The notes beneath the pieces were generated by a model. It saw nothing but the letters and a program-made list of their open reading frames with translations. It was not told the origin of the DNA and made no database searches. A stretch of DNA of 32,000 nucleotides from Ostreococcus tauri (taxonomy: Eukaryota), in NCBI GenBank assembly GCA_000214015.2, contig CAID01000016.2, forward strand, positions 206,794-238,793, in the 5' to 3' direction. Every line of letters begins with the position of its first letter. Within the stretch, counting starts at the first letter, position 1. Below are positions 1 through 10,711 of the stretch, one piece after another. The position numbers and the translations under genes were made by a program.

Positions 1-2
1 TG

Positions 3-1994
3 GCGGGACCAAACGGCACGGCGGCGGAGGTGTGCGCGGCGCAAAAGTGCGCGCGATGGGTGCATCCGGAGGTTCATGGAGTGAATCTGCGCTCGAACAC
101 GCGACGGTGCGGAGGGATCGGGTGTTACGCGGACGAGGCTGTGACGGTGTGGCCACTGTTCTTGGACGACGACTGCGAGTGTCTCGTGTGTGAGTGGGAG
201 GAGCACAGGCGGAACAAGGCGGTTTCGAGCGAAGAGGATGGGTCAGATGATGGTAAAGGAGTCGATGGATCCGATCACGCACGATGCACTTCGACAGATG
301 TGAGATCGGCCGCTCAAACCATTTGCGTTGGTTATGTGTGCGAGCTGAAAGACACCGCCGATTCACTGGGTGTTCGCATCTTGATCATGAACGCGAAGAG
401 TTCGGACCACGTTCCACGACTGTCTTCTATTCCTACACTACGATGTTTTTCAACAAAAGCTTGTCATGCCATCGACGCTGTTTTCCACTGCACGCCTACA
501 GATGTGGCGAGCACACCTACATACCAGTCGTGGGCGGAGTCACTTTCATGCGAGCACTTTTTCTGTCGATCATGCGACGAGTTGGGGTTCCGAGCGAGCG
601 CTCGAATGTCATTGCGACTGAATACTGTGGATTCAGATGCTTTTCCTATCCCAAAAGCTCTCCATGGATCGCGAAACGGAGGTCTTACTGGGCGATTTGA
701 GGTCCTCGGGTTGTGTGCTTCCATTCGTGTCTGCAAAAACGAATCGAAGAAGTGCAAACTGGATGCTCAGACGCTGAGGCCCGATGATTTACAGCCTGAT
801 GCAGTTTTGAACGAGCTTAAGATGCTGCGTCCAGATTTAGCGACTTCATCGCAAGCAACTCTGGAAAGAATAAAGCGCGATGAAGTTGCCGATCTCAAGG
901 ACCCAAACGATGAAACAAGTCAAGACGTTGCCCTCGCTCTAAAATCCAGGCTTATGCGTGGATTAATTGGAATGAAGAGAAAAACGAGCGAATTCGACCC
1001 TGAAATCATATTTCTTGGCACTGGCTCTGCCGAACCGAGCAAGTATCGTGGAAGCAGTGGCATTCTCGTTGAGCTACCACACCCGACAGTATCACATGGA
1101 AAGTCATGGTTGATGCTTGACTGCGGCGAGGGAACGGTCGGGTCTATAGCGCGAATGTTTGGCCGTGAAGTGATGATGTCGATCGTGCAAAGTCTGAAGA
1201 TGGTCTGGATCTCTCATCACCACGCAGACCACATGTTGGGCGTTCGTGGCGTGTTGGATGTACACTCTCAAACTTGTGAGGCACCGCTCACTCTAGTCGG
1301 ACCAACGATATTGAGAGAGTGGTTAGAAATATGTGGTGTGTCAAAGTCATCGTATCGATTCATTCGCTCGCGGGACTTGTTTGCGGGTCCTTTTGGACGT
1401 TTGCCACCACCACCACCACCACCAATGCAACCAAAGTCGCAACCAAGATCAGTTGTCAACGCGCATCAATCGATGCCGTCGGGTCCCAACTCAAATCGAG
1501 GTTCGCTCAGTTCAATAGAAACCACCCTCATTCAGCTGACTGGCCTGAGTCGAATCGAGGCAGTTCCAGTGGAGCACTGCAGAGACGCCGCGGCGCTCAT
1601 TATTGGATCACCGTCCAACTGGAGTCTTGCTTACTCGGGTGATTGCAGACCGTCGCGAGCATTTGCCCGCGCAGCAAGAGGGTGTGACGTTATGATCCAC
1701 GTAGCAACTTTCGAGAATGAGTTGTACAATCACGCAGTGAGAAAACGGCACTCAACGACATCAGAAGCGTTGGAAACAGCAGCAGATGCGCAGGTGAAGC
1801 ACATTGTACTCACGCATTTCAGTCAGAGGTACCCGAAAGCGATCAGCCTAGACAGTCTAAGCATAGAGCCCATCATTGCGTTCGACGGTTTTCGCGTTTT
1901 GCTTAGTCAACTGGATCGCATGAAACATCTGCAACCCACTATCGCACGGGTCGCTTCTCTCGGCAGCGAAGCACGTTCCGAGGTAGATATGTAG
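3..1994 (+). CDS. Ribonuclease Z, long form (ELAC2-like metallo-beta-lactamase); 5'-partial, continues left of the window
   Basis: The frame is open from the window edge, and the ORF-track start at 30 is only a GTG. The translation shows FLGTGSAEPSKYRGSSGILVEL, the HxHxDH zinc motif in VWISHHHADHMLG, and the C-terminal HSTTSEA...IVLTHFSQRYPK block typical of tRNase Z. The long N-terminal half implies the ELAC2-type long form. Stop TAG at 1992-1994. Confidence 0.85.
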   Translation, partial: AGPNGTAAEVCAAQKCARWVHPEVHGVNLRSNTRRCGGIGCYADEAVTVWPLFLDDDCECLVCEWEEHRRNKAVSSEEDGSDDGKGVDGSDHARCTSTDVRSAAQTICVGYVCELKDTADSLGVRILIMNAKSSDHVPRLSSIPTLRCFSTKACHAIDAVFHCTPTDVASTPTYQSWAESLSCEHFFCRSCDELGFRASARMSLRLNTVDSDAFPIPKALHGSRNGGLTGRFEVLGLCASIRVCKNESKKCKLDAQTLRPDDLQPDAVLNELKMLRPDLATSSQATLERIKRDEVADLKDPNDETSQDVALALKSRLMRGLIGMKRKTSEFDPEIIFLGTGSAEPSKYRGSSGILVELPHPTVSHGKSWLMLDCGEGTVGSIARMFGREVMMSIVQSLKMVWISHHHADHMLGVRGVLDVHSQTCEAPLTLVGPTILREWLEICGVSKSSYRFIRSRDLFAGPFGRLPPPPPPPMQPKSQPRSVVNAHQSMPSGPNSNRGSLSSIETTLIQLTGLSRIEAVPVEHCRDAAALIIGSPSNWSLAYSGDCRPSRAFARAARGCDVMIHVATFENELYNHAVRKRHSTTSEALETAADAQVKHIVLTHFSQRYPKAISLDSLSIEPIIAFDGFRVLLSQLDRMKHLQPTIARVASLGSEARSEVDM

Positions 1995-2043
1995 AAAATA
2001 CCTTGTGGTATTCGTTAAATCGAGAGGCGTTAGATCAAGACGC

Positions 2044-2859
2044 ATGTTCCGCAGTAAGCTCGCCACGACCGCGCGCACCGCGAAATGCTACTATCGCACT
2101 CACGGATACGCAACTTACCTGCTGGCAGATTCATGTCATGGCAGTGGCGGAACGCCACTTGCTAAAGCCATTCTTGGATCCAGCTCAGCGCGACTCGCCG
2201 CTGCGACGCAATCCGTCGCGTGCGCCGCAGATTTTAAACATGATATGTGGGACGGTGATCGTCTTCTCACGTCTACGGTCAATTTGACGTGCGAGTCTGA
2301 TGTGCAGAAATTTGTCGCGCAGGTTCAGTATTCACTCTCCGAGACAATCGACATTCTCCTCGCAAACGTAGGTGAAGTCCCAGGTCGCTGGAGAACCTCC
2401 TTCAATTCGACACCGCTCATTCCAGAAGTGCGCGCCAATGAGTGGATACGGCTTTGCAAGGACGTTGCGGGGGTTGGAATTCTTCTTAAAAATGTTTTGC
2501 CCACGCTGATGCGGCATCCCACAGATCATCGAAAAGTTGTCGTAATTTTCACGCACCAAGCGCCGCTACATTGCGTCGAAACTGTCGCATTGAAATCGAT
2601 TTCATCAGCACTTGACGAGTTAGTCGCGTCGACGAGCCTGGAATTGGCGCGGAAGAGCCCTACGGAGTTCGTGACGGTGAAGGTACATACACCAAATTTA
2701 GAGTCCAACGATGCGCTCGCATGGGGCAGGGAAGTGGTTCGGCAAATCGGACGGTTGCGACTCGAAGCGACGTTCGCCTCTACTCACGATGGGCAACATT
2801 TGCCCATTCCAGGTTATCCTGACAAGCCCGATACATTCTGGTATGGGGCACATGTTTGA
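2044..2859 (+). CDS. Hypothetical protein with a weak Rossmann/short-chain-dehydrogenase-like resemblance
   Basis: First ATG of ORF 2005..2859 is at 2044 (MFRSKLATTARTAK..., a basic N-terminus that could be an organelle presequence). Only loose SDR-like strings are present (GSGGTPLAKAIL, DILLANVG). The coding call rests on ORF length and position in a tight gene array. The product call is weak. Confidence 0.45.
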   Translation: MFRSKLATTARTAKCYYRTHGYATYLLADSCHGSGGTPLAKAILGSSSARLAAATQSVACAADFKHDMWDGDRLLTSTVNLTCESDVQKFVAQVQYSLSETIDILLANVGEVPGRWRTSFNSTPLIPEVRANEWIRLCKDVAGVGILLKNVLPTLMRHPTDHRKVVVIFTHQAPLHCVETVALKSISSALDELVASTSLELARKSPTEFVTVKVHTPNLESNDALAWGREVVRQIGRLRLEATFASTHDGQHLPIPGYPDKPDTFWYGAHV

Positions 2860-2900
2860 TCGACAAGTTGTACAAAATTCTGTTTTTGTTGCTACAATTC

Positions 2901-5693
2901 TCACGTGTATGGTTGCCAGTTGAACGCGATGTCTAGCTCACCCGACTTAGCGTTGCCAACTTTAAACCTCGCCTCCATCGATCCACCGTGGTGAATGATA
3001 GTCGAAATCGGCACTTCAAGATTCCCCATGAATTTACTCTTAGTCCCCATCGGAAACGTCGAATCAACGTCAAACAGCTCTATCGACACCTTCGTGTCTT
3101 CACTTGCAGGAGAGAACTCAAACATGGCGTTAAACTCTGGATTCAGGTTCTTGTAATGAATCTTTGAGCTATAAACCGTGTAATCATGAGCTTCCGCATT
3201 CTTCTTGCCCTTCTTACCTCTCTTGCCCCTCAGTATTTTGCCCTTGTCCATGTCCATACTATCAAGGGTGAACTTTGGCACCTTGACCTTAACGTAAGGA
3301 TCTGACAATCCATTCGAATCCATTGGTTGCAAATTTCGGCCGCGGATCACGTGAACCGACAGTAGCCCAAGACCAGTGAACATATTTTGTGCGATGTCGC
3401 TGCCGAACGAGATGAACTGTGCATTCAGCAACAGTTTCATGGGCGGTTTTTTCACATTCCCCTTGACTTGCTCCGGGAAATCGAGCCAAAGTTCTTGTTC
3501 ACTCCCATCAGCTGTCGCGGCTTTGATCGTGTCTATGCGTACTTCCGTGGCACCCAACTTGTCATCGCTACTAAGAGGATCTACGTCGTGATCGTACATG
3601 GCGACCTTGAGCACTCTCAAGTCGACATCATCGACTGGAATGTAAAAGATTTCATTCCAGACTGGGTCTTCGTTGTTCATAATCGTCGTCGTGTTTACTT
3701 GCAACCCATGTTTCTTGACAAACATCTTCACGAATGGATCCGTCTTGGACAAGAGATCCGCGCTTGGAACGTTCTCAGCTCGCACAACAGTTACCTTGAG
3801 TACCCCAGTGTTGCGCAGCTGCAAAACGTTATGGTCGTACCACTTGAATGGCTTCACCTCGCCGTCCGGCATGACGATTGGATCAAAATTGAAGCTCAAC
3901 GGTATGACCAGACGCTCGGGCTGAATAAACATGTCGCCAAGGAGACCGGCGACAAACTCCTCGAGCCACTTGTCAATTGCGGCGTAGAGCACATCCAACC
4001 CACTCGGTAACTCTACGTGAAACTCAACGATAGGTCTCTCTGTCATAGAAATTACGACACCACCAAGCGGGCTTGGCAGCGGCACAAGGGGATTCAGTGT
4101 CACCCGGAGCTTGGTGTAAATCTCAAGATCTTTAACTGCGATGTTAATGTCTGCTCCTATGTGGGTTTTTGCCGCAAGAACGATGTTTGACCTTCCAGCC
4201 CAGGCAAAATCTATATCAAGGCTCATACCTTTGTCCTCGGCTTTTTTCCCGACATATGAGACGCTTCGCACCATGAAAGGGTTTTCGCCGAAATCGAGCT
4301 GCTTGAAAGTCAGCCTCTTCAACATGGAGGGGCGAGATTGCTCCATCAACGGCTCAACGATCTCGCGAACCAGCTCGCTCGCCGCTTTGTTGTAGAAGGG
4401 CCAGACCTGTGTCAAGAAATTGTTCAGCCACGGAACAAGCTCATCTGGGCGGTATCTCGCCCAAACGGGCGCCGCATTCATGTATTGGATGTCGTTTGTA
4501 CGAACCACCGGTGAGCCCATGAGTTGGGCCATGTGCTTCGCATCTTTTTCCAACGCAAGGAAAGCACCCATCACTGTCCTGATGCGCTGTTGCTTTTCAT
4601 GGCGCTGATCTTGCCTCCAAACGATAAACCAACCAACACCAAAGGCGATCAGGAATGAAAAGATACCGCGATTGTCGCTCAGCCATCCAACGGTGAAGAT
4701 GACCAGAGTTTGCCAGAAGAAGCCGACCGCGCCTATCAAGGAGCAGATAACCTGCGAATTCACTATTGAACCTCGCCAGAACATGCGACACAACTCCATG
4801 TTCATGTTGAGCACAGTTCGCGTCATAAAAAGGCTCGATAAGATTGCAGAAAGGAGCCTGGAATATGCCTGAAACGTGCCGTTCATTAGCAGCCTATGGT
4901 AAAGAAGAAAGTTTGGCACCCAAAACAACGTGATGACACCGACTACGCAGAATTTACCGTACGCTAAACCCATTTGCTTTGCTGACGATGCCATCATGCT
5001 CGGGAACGGACCGTTAAACCACGGCCCGTTCCCGGGAGCATAATCAGAGAAGTCTTTGTCCGTCAAATTCGTCGGTTCCAACTTATGATCACCTCTTGCA
5101 AGGTTGCCAATGGAGTACTTTTTTGGTTTTCTCACCGTCGTCTCTCGTTGTATATCCGGCGGTGCCAGCCATTCTGGACCATATGAAACCGGTAACTCAT
5201 TCGCCTTTAATTTTGGTTCGGCCTCGTACCTTTTGAGACGCTCGCTCAGCTCGACGGGTGGCTTGGCGACCGTCTGGTTCGGAGCCTTCACGATCGATTG
5301 TCTTCGAAGCAGGCTACGGTTTTGATCGGCGTCCTCGTCCTCGTTCATCGCCGCCCGAGCACTGTTTAGCAGTGACTGATCGAAGCGATACACGTCGTCA
5401 TCGTCTCCTTCCAACACCTGGTCGTCCTCCACCGCGATCGCGTTCTTCTTCTTCGTCTTGAAGTCTTTTTTCGAAATCTCCTGATTCCTGGTTTGAGGTC
5501 GAAGCGATGCGATCGGTTCCCCCCTCGTCACCTCTCGTTCGCTCCCGACCGACATTCCGCTGTCCTCAGCGAACGCGCTGAGGTTCTTCGTCGAATCGTC
5601 GCCCAATCTTCTTCCATCCGCCGTCTTGCGCAAGCGAAACTCCGTCTCCTGGGCCTCGGGCGCGGCGCCGCTCTTGGAGGAACACACGCCCAT
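2901..5693 (-). CDS. Extended-synaptotagmin / tricalbin-like lipid-transfer protein (hydrophobic hairpin + SMP domain + two C2 domains)
   Basis: SMP-domain signature WLNNFLTQVWPFYNKAASELVREIVEPLMEQSRPSML. Two C2 domains: GVLKVTVVRAENVPSADLLSKTDPFVKMFV and GLLSVHVIRGRNLQPMDSNGLSDPYVKVKV. Hydrophobic segments precede the SMP domain (VVGVITLFWVPNFLLY, LIGAVGFFWQTLVIFTVGWL, FSFLIAFGVGWFIVW). The N-terminus MGVCSSKS fits an N-myristoylation/palmitoylation consensus (MGxxxS plus Cys). Confidence 0.85.
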   Translation of the reverse strand: MGVCSSKSGAAPEAQETEFRLRKTADGRRLGDDSTKNLSAFAEDSGMSVGSEREVTRGEPIASLRPQTRNQEISKKDFKTKKKNAIAVEDDQVLEGDDDDVYRFDQSLLNSARAAMNEDEDADQNRSLLRRQSIVKAPNQTVAKPPVELSERLKRYEAEPKLKANELPVSYGPEWLAPPDIQRETTVRKPKKYSIGNLARGDHKLEPTNLTDKDFSDYAPGNGPWFNGPFPSMMASSAKQMGLAYGKFCVVGVITLFWVPNFLLYHRLLMNGTFQAYSRLLSAILSSLFMTRTVLNMNMELCRMFWRGSIVNSQVICSLIGAVGFFWQTLVIFTVGWLSDNRGIFSFLIAFGVGWFIVWRQDQRHEKQQRIRTVMGAFLALEKDAKHMAQLMGSPVVRTNDIQYMNAAPVWARYRPDELVPWLNNFLTQVWPFYNKAASELVREIVEPLMEQSRPSMLKRLTFKQLDFGENPFMVRSVSYVGKKAEDKGMSLDIDFAWAGRSNIVLAAKTHIGADINIAVKDLEIYTKLRVTLNPLVPLPSPLGGVVISMTERPIVEFHVELPSGLDVLYAAIDKWLEEFVAGLLGDMFIQPERLVIPLSFNFDPIVMPDGEVKPFKWYDHNVLQLRNTGVLKVTVVRAENVPSADLLSKTDPFVKMFVKKHGLQVNTTTIMNNEDPVWNEIFYIPVDDVDLRVLKVAMYDHDVDPLSSDDKLGATEVRIDTIKAATADGSEQELWLDFPEQVKGNVKKPPMKLLLNAQFISFGSDIAQNMFTGLGLLSVHVIRGRNLQPMDSNGLSDPYVKVKVPKFTLDSMDMDKGKILRGKRGKKGKKNAEAHDYTVYSSKIHYKNLNPEFNAMFEFSPASEDTKVSIELFDVDSTFPMGTKSKFMGNLEVPISTIIHHGGSMEARFKVGNAKSGELDIAFNWQPYT

Positions 5694-6070
5694 GACGACA
5701 ACGTGCTCGACGCCGCGCTCGCGGTGACGCCCGAGGCGCGTTGTTCAGCGCACGTTCACGCAAATATCGTCGCGCGCGTTCGCGCGCGCGCGCGTTAGAG
5801 TCACGCTCTGGAGAGAACGCTGAATCGTAATTCGCCATCACCCGATCGGACGTCGTGGTAACGAGTGAGTTTGATCGAGCTAACAAACAGAGGTTGGATG
5901 GAGACTTTGAGTTTGGAGACAGGAGCGATGGTACATTGAGATCTCATTCGAAGAGACGCGGGAACGAGAAGCGTATGAGGAGTGAGATGTGGCTAGAGAT
6001 CCCTTTCGCTACAGAGGAATGAAGAATGTTTGATGCTATGGCTAGGGGTGCGCCGGCTTGGACGACTGGC

Positions 6071-6931
6071 TCAGCGCTCAGCAGCGAAACGCGCGAGACG
6101 CTTAAGCGCTGGGAACCAATAAGAAACTTCTTCCCAGTGTCTTTGCGAGAGATGAAGCAACACCGAGTTGACCATCGGAGTGTTGTTCGACGCGAGGCTC
6201 TCCGAAAGCGTCACCAGAGCCTCGGCAACGGGGTCGGTGACGGCGTTCTCGTCCGCCAGGTCCACAGACGCTCCAGTGTTGTTCAAGAATACGAATAGCC
6301 CACCGAGTTTATTTGAAATACCCTCCAATTCCTTCAGACGCGCCGGTGGCGCGCCTTGCATCGCTTCGTGATACTTCTCACGAAGGACGCGAACGATCCC
6401 CAGATGATTCTGCCTTACACGGGAAACGTCGGCGTTCTCCAGCGTCGCCGTCGGCGGAGGTTTCGGCCAAGCCGCGGCCGGCCCGACCCACGCGCCACCG
6501 CTGCAATACCGCTCCCTTCCTCTCAGCGTCGTCACTGTCGACGCGCTCGGCGACGAAGCCGGGGCGCTCGCCGGAGCGACGTGCACGCTCGGAGGAGCCG
6601 CGTACGCGAGCGGCGCGCTCGAAGCGCTTGTGTGGCTGACGCTGGGCCCGAGAGCGACGGGCGCGACCTCGTGCGCGATCGTTCCCGGGTTGAACATCGT
6701 CACGTTTGCCGGTTGTGGGACGCGAATCATCGGCGTCGACGGAGAACCAGCGCTTGAAGGCACGAAAGCCGTAGGAGCGAGAGCGGGTTGGGCGTGCTCG
6801 GGCGTCCTCGACGGCGATTGCGCGCGTTTCTCACTGATCCACGTTAGCGGCGCGGTCGGAGGCGGTGCGCCGGGAACGAAACCACCGCCGGAGCCGAGAG
6901 AACTCAGCGGCGGTTGCTCGGTGAATCCCAT
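6071..6931 (-). CDS. Pro/Ala/Ser-rich protein with an SRA1/Sec31 C-terminal-like helical domain
   Basis: 286-aa ORF. The N-terminal two thirds are low-complexity P/A/S-rich. The C-terminal ~110 aa (LKELEGISNKLGGLFVFLNN...LVTLSESLASNNTPMVNSVLLHLSQRHWEEVSYWFPALKRLARF) follows the pattern I remember for the SRA1/Sec31 C-terminal domain. The family call is from memory. Confidence 0.55.
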   Translation of the reverse strand: MGFTEQPPLSSLGSGGGFVPGAPPPTAPLTWISEKRAQSPSRTPEHAQPALAPTAFVPSSAGSPSTPMIRVPQPANVTMFNPGTIAHEVAPVALGPSVSHTSASSAPLAYAAPPSVHVAPASAPASSPSASTVTTLRGRERYCSGGAWVGPAAAWPKPPPTATLENADVSRVRQNHLGIVRVLREKYHEAMQGAPPARLKELEGISNKLGGLFVFLNNTGASVDLADENAVTDPVAEALVTLSESLASNNTPMVNSVLLHLSQRHWEEVSYWFPALKRLARFAAER

Positions 6932-7087
6932 GACGCGACGAGCAAAGCTGTGAGGAGATCGCAGAGCTTGGCTTAAGGTCTCGGCGAGACGCGCTGCAGC
7001 AACACGGAATCCGTCGGAGGAATGAATACGAATGCGTCGTAGGGTTCGATTCTATCTAAATCGCTACAAGGCTACGGCGTCCAAGAC

Positions 7088-10000
7088 TTAAACGAAACTA
7101 AACACCATGTCCACTTCGCCGTGGACAAGATGAATTTGACGCGACTTGACAAATTTCAGCGAGCATTCAATGGATGACTCACCTGATCCGCCCAGAGTCG
7201 CGTCATCTAACGGCGCTTCGGAAGGAACGCACGGCATGTAATGTGAAGTTCCCAACGGTAGAGTCCCTCTCGCGAATGTGTGACGCCAGGAGGTCGTGAG
7301 ATCCCAGACATACACAAATGATAATTTATCCAAATACGCAGCAACTTGATTGCCTTCGGCGTCGAATGACACCGCCTTGACGGAAAGTTGCCCCGTGTCA
7401 GTGGCGAGAGCCGATCCTGCGTGATTGACTAACACGTTCGAAGAATGTTTGACGTGCTTTTCAGGTGAAAGGAGACTGAGTGGATCTGACCAGTCTGCCG
7501 ACGACGTCTCAGAAGATCTATCGTATGAATCTGTGTGACTATCCTCCAGGTTCCGCCACTTCGTGGCACTGTGCAAATCGTAGACCGTCATCACTGTCCC
7601 ATTTTTCACGGCGCCATGTATGGCGGTGACAAAGCGTTGCGTCTCTCGGTGGAAAGCCATCGAAGAAGATTTGCCGAGTTCTGTCAGTAAAACATACACG
7701 GTCTGTTGACAGTTTTTACGCAGTATCAAGTTTGATGGATTCAAAGCCAGCATTATGGTTTCCATCATGTATACAGCGTGCGTCTGCAGCGTTTTCACGT
7801 GTGTTTGAGCGACACGTATGAGCGCCATGAAGGCCAGCACATGAGCCGGATGGTCTGGATCGAGCGTGCGGAATCGGTTGTTCATGTGAGAAAAGAAGAA
7901 GGGCGGACTGACCAGAGCAAAAGCCGATAGTAGATCGCTGAGCGCCTCACGAGCGATCATGGACTCGGTGGGACTCGTTGCCGAGCTCATCATCGTCGAA
8001 CAAAGGGTGAACACCTCTTCCAATGACTTGTTTGGATCGCTCAAACACGAAGACCAGTTTGCAAGTTTGATGCCCTCTGTTAGTAATGAAGCTGCGGTGA
8101 AGACGACGTTCTTGTCAGGCAATGATAAGGCCTCTAAAAGAGAGTTTGATACAGCGATCTTCCAGCTATCATGCACGCCTTTGTTTGGGATGAAGCAAAC
8201 CACACTCGAAATTATCAGGCCGAGCAAACCCTGCATAAATTCACCAGAAGCCAACCGGTCCCACCTCTTGTATTGCTCGCAACCAAACAAGTTCGTAGGC
8301 GCAAGAGATTTAAATGTTGTCGGTAAAGACTTTTTCACGCTCACAGATAGCAATCGTCTCGATGCTTGACGTATGCACTCCACAGGACTCATGCAGGAGC
8401 CTGCGAAGAAGACTAAATCCGTATCATCCACCTGCCCGATGCTTTCCTCTATCGCATTTATCAACGCGCAGTACGATGAAATGCTCAAGCTTTCGCTCAC
8501 TTGGATGATCCTAATTATCACCGCAATCGTCAGAATACGAATCTCGCGATCAACGTTCACATCTTTTGAACCACGTACACCCGGCAAATTGAAAGTCGCT
8601 GCACCTTCACAACTATGCAAACTGACACTCGAGGATCTGTAATTCTCTGCGAAGAAGATGGCCAAAACGTCGTCGGTGACGATTGAATCGTTCGTGTTGA
8701 GCAACGTACCAAGAAATAGATGCAATGCTCGCACTTCTTCATCGACGAACGTTTTGGCGATTGATGACGTTGCTGACGGTACCAAATTACTAATTCTGCG
8801 CTTAACCCCATGCGAAGGGAGACCAGCTCTTACGGGCTCCAGTAAAGCGTCAGTATGAACGGTAAGACCGAAGATGTTTGCCTGCATGCATCTCCATGTC
8901 AACGGTCTCAGTCGTTTTCTCGTAAACCTCCATTGGCGCTGCGCTAGACCAACAGCTCCATGCAACAGGATGTGAAAAGATCCTTCTCGAAGACTATTCA
9001 ACATTACACCAGCGGCTGCGCCAATAAGATGACGTTCTAAAACTCCCGTTAAGATGTCCCAAACGTGCAAACTTCCATCCTTGCTCAATACGGCTAAAGC
9101 ACCTCGTGGAGCATTCCAAACCAATTCCTTCACAGCGACCCCATTCCCAGGCATGATGAAGTTGACAGCCCACGTCTCAGCGGAGACTAAACCAAGGACG
9201 CCGTCGTCACCGATCGTGATAAAAATATTATTCCAACTCACCTCTCGGGCGCTCTTTGGCGCGGAAAGAATCCATCGTACCGGGCCTTGATGATGCCGCA
9301 AGATGGCAACATTTTTTGAGACTCGGTAATCCCACGCACGCACCGTACCATCTTTTCCACCAGATATCAAAAAATTCTCATTCTGACCGTCCACCCAATC
9401 CAGTAAAGATAGTACGGCGCCATCATGACCACTGAACTTGGCTGAGGTGGTCGAGCTTCCGTACAATGGACACGAGCAAATTGTACCATCAGAGTATCCA
9501 TAAATGTAAGACTCTGGCGCATATGCTCCCCCTTTTGCGGGTGCACACGAGGTGACGACTAAACCTGGAGTTGAATTCCATCTATCTGACAGCGAAAACG
9601 AGCAATCGTTCACCGACAACACGCAGTTCGCTTCATCTCCTCGAACGTGCACTCGTCCGAACGGGGTGTCCACTTCGTGATTGAAATTTTCGCTCGCGTT
9701 AGTCTCACTGATGAGTTCGGACGTCACTTTGGTGATGCTGCCCCAACCGGTCAAATCGAACGCGCTCGTGTTTCTATTCGGCGGATGAACTGATTCGTGC
9801 GTCACCAGCGCATCCACTTTTGGCCAGCTGTGCGTCCGACCGTCTACACTGCGCACACTCAGAGTGCCGCTCGCGTCGACAAAAATTTCAGCCACGATTC
9901 CAAAGTCCTGAGGTATTCCCAAACTGACAGAGCCCGAGCCCAGTGGGTCAACTACGCTGCACTGTTCACCACGTGATTCAACGCTGACGATCAAGGCAAC

Positions 10001-10603
10001 GCCCTCTGTGCCCTCCTCTCCGCACTCCACCGCCGTCTCGCACACCGCTCTCACCTCGCCTCGCGGCGTCGCGCGCTTGTGCAGACATCTCCCCGTCCGA
10101 CGGTCCCACGCGCACATCGCCCCCGCCGCGTCCACGCTCACCATCGCGCGCGACGCCTTCACGAAACGAACCACCGCGTCGTCGTGTCCTGAGCAATAGT
10201 TTGCCGCGCCCGCGCTTCCCGCGCGCCGCGCCGCGCCCTTGTCCAGCGCCCACCGAACGATCCCCCCGTCTCTCGCCCCCGTCCACGCCCACCGCTCGAC
10301 GTCAAAGCTTTCGTCCCCCCCTTCCACCGTTCCATCCATCCCGCGCGACGCCATCGCACCCGAGCGCGCGCGCGCCTCGTCCTCGCCTCTCGACCCTCCT
10401 CTCGCCGTCGACGTCGTCGCGCTCGCCATCTCATCCCCGACGACGACGGTCACCGCGTGCGCGAACGGGACCTCGCACCAGCGCGCGCTCGCGACGTCCC
10501 GTCGTCGCGCCATCGCGAGTTCGACGCCGGACGCGCGCGCTCGACGCCGTCGCCCGTCCGTCGCGCGCGCGCCCGTTCGACGCCGTCGCGGTCGCACCGA
10601 CAC
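7088..10603 (-). CDS. Large WD40-repeat protein with a central helical-repeat region (tentatively WDR7/rabconnectin-3-beta-like)
   Basis: 1171-aa uninterrupted ORF. WD40 strings are present: GHDDAVVRFV...CAWD, GHDGAVLSLLDWVDG..LISGGKDGTVRAWD, SKDGSLHVWDILTG and, near the C-terminus, KLSFVYVWDLT. A long alpha-helical middle separates them. The start is ambiguous (10603, or the in-frame ATG at 10513). The 5' ~650 nt are much more GC-rich than the rest of the gene. Confidence 0.8.
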   Translation of the reverse strand: MSVRPRRRRTGARATDGRRRRARASGVELAMARRRDVASARWCEVPFAHAVTVVVGDEMASATTSTARGGSRGEDEARARSGAMASRGMDGTVEGGDESFDVERWAWTGARDGGIVRWALDKGAARRAGSAGAANYCSGHDDAVVRFVKASRAMVSVDAAGAMCAWDRRTGRCLHKRATPRGEVRAVCETAVECGEEGTEGVALIVSVESRGEQCSVVDPLGSGSVSLGIPQDFGIVAEIFVDASGTLSVRSVDGRTHSWPKVDALVTHESVHPPNRNTSAFDLTGWGSITKVTSELISETNASENFNHEVDTPFGRVHVRGDEANCVLSVNDCSFSLSDRWNSTPGLVVTSCAPAKGGAYAPESYIYGYSDGTICSCPLYGSSTTSAKFSGHDGAVLSLLDWVDGQNENFLISGGKDGTVRAWDYRVSKNVAILRHHQGPVRWILSAPKSAREVSWNNIFITIGDDGVLGLVSAETWAVNFIMPGNGVAVKELVWNAPRGALAVLSKDGSLHVWDILTGVLERHLIGAAAGVMLNSLREGSFHILLHGAVGLAQRQWRFTRKRLRPLTWRCMQANIFGLTVHTDALLEPVRAGLPSHGVKRRISNLVPSATSSIAKTFVDEEVRALHLFLGTLLNTNDSIVTDDVLAIFFAENYRSSSVSLHSCEGAATFNLPGVRGSKDVNVDREIRILTIAVIIRIIQVSESLSISSYCALINAIEESIGQVDDTDLVFFAGSCMSPVECIRQASRRLLSVSVKKSLPTTFKSLAPTNLFGCEQYKRWDRLASGEFMQGLLGLIISSVVCFIPNKGVHDSWKIAVSNSLLEALSLPDKNVVFTAASLLTEGIKLANWSSCLSDPNKSLEEVFTLCSTMMSSATSPTESMIAREALSDLLSAFALVSPPFFFSHMNNRFRTLDPDHPAHVLAFMALIRVAQTHVKTLQTHAVYMMETIMLALNPSNLILRKNCQQTVYVLLTELGKSSSMAFHRETQRFVTAIHGAVKNGTVMTVYDLHSATKWRNLEDSHTDSYDRSSETSSADWSDPLSLLSPEKHVKHSSNVLVNHAGSALATDTGQLSVKAVSFDAEGNQVAAYLDKLSFVYVWDLTTSWRHTFARGTLPLGTSHYMPCVPSEAPLDDATLGGSGESSIECSLKFVKSRQIHLVHGEVDMVFSFV

Positions 10604-10711
10604 ACGCGGTGACGCGTGGAATGTGTCCCACGACGGGACTCCAGCGCCAGCGCACCGTCACGCGTGCGCGACGTGAGTTCGACGCGCGTGGACGACGTCG
10701 CGCCGACGTCG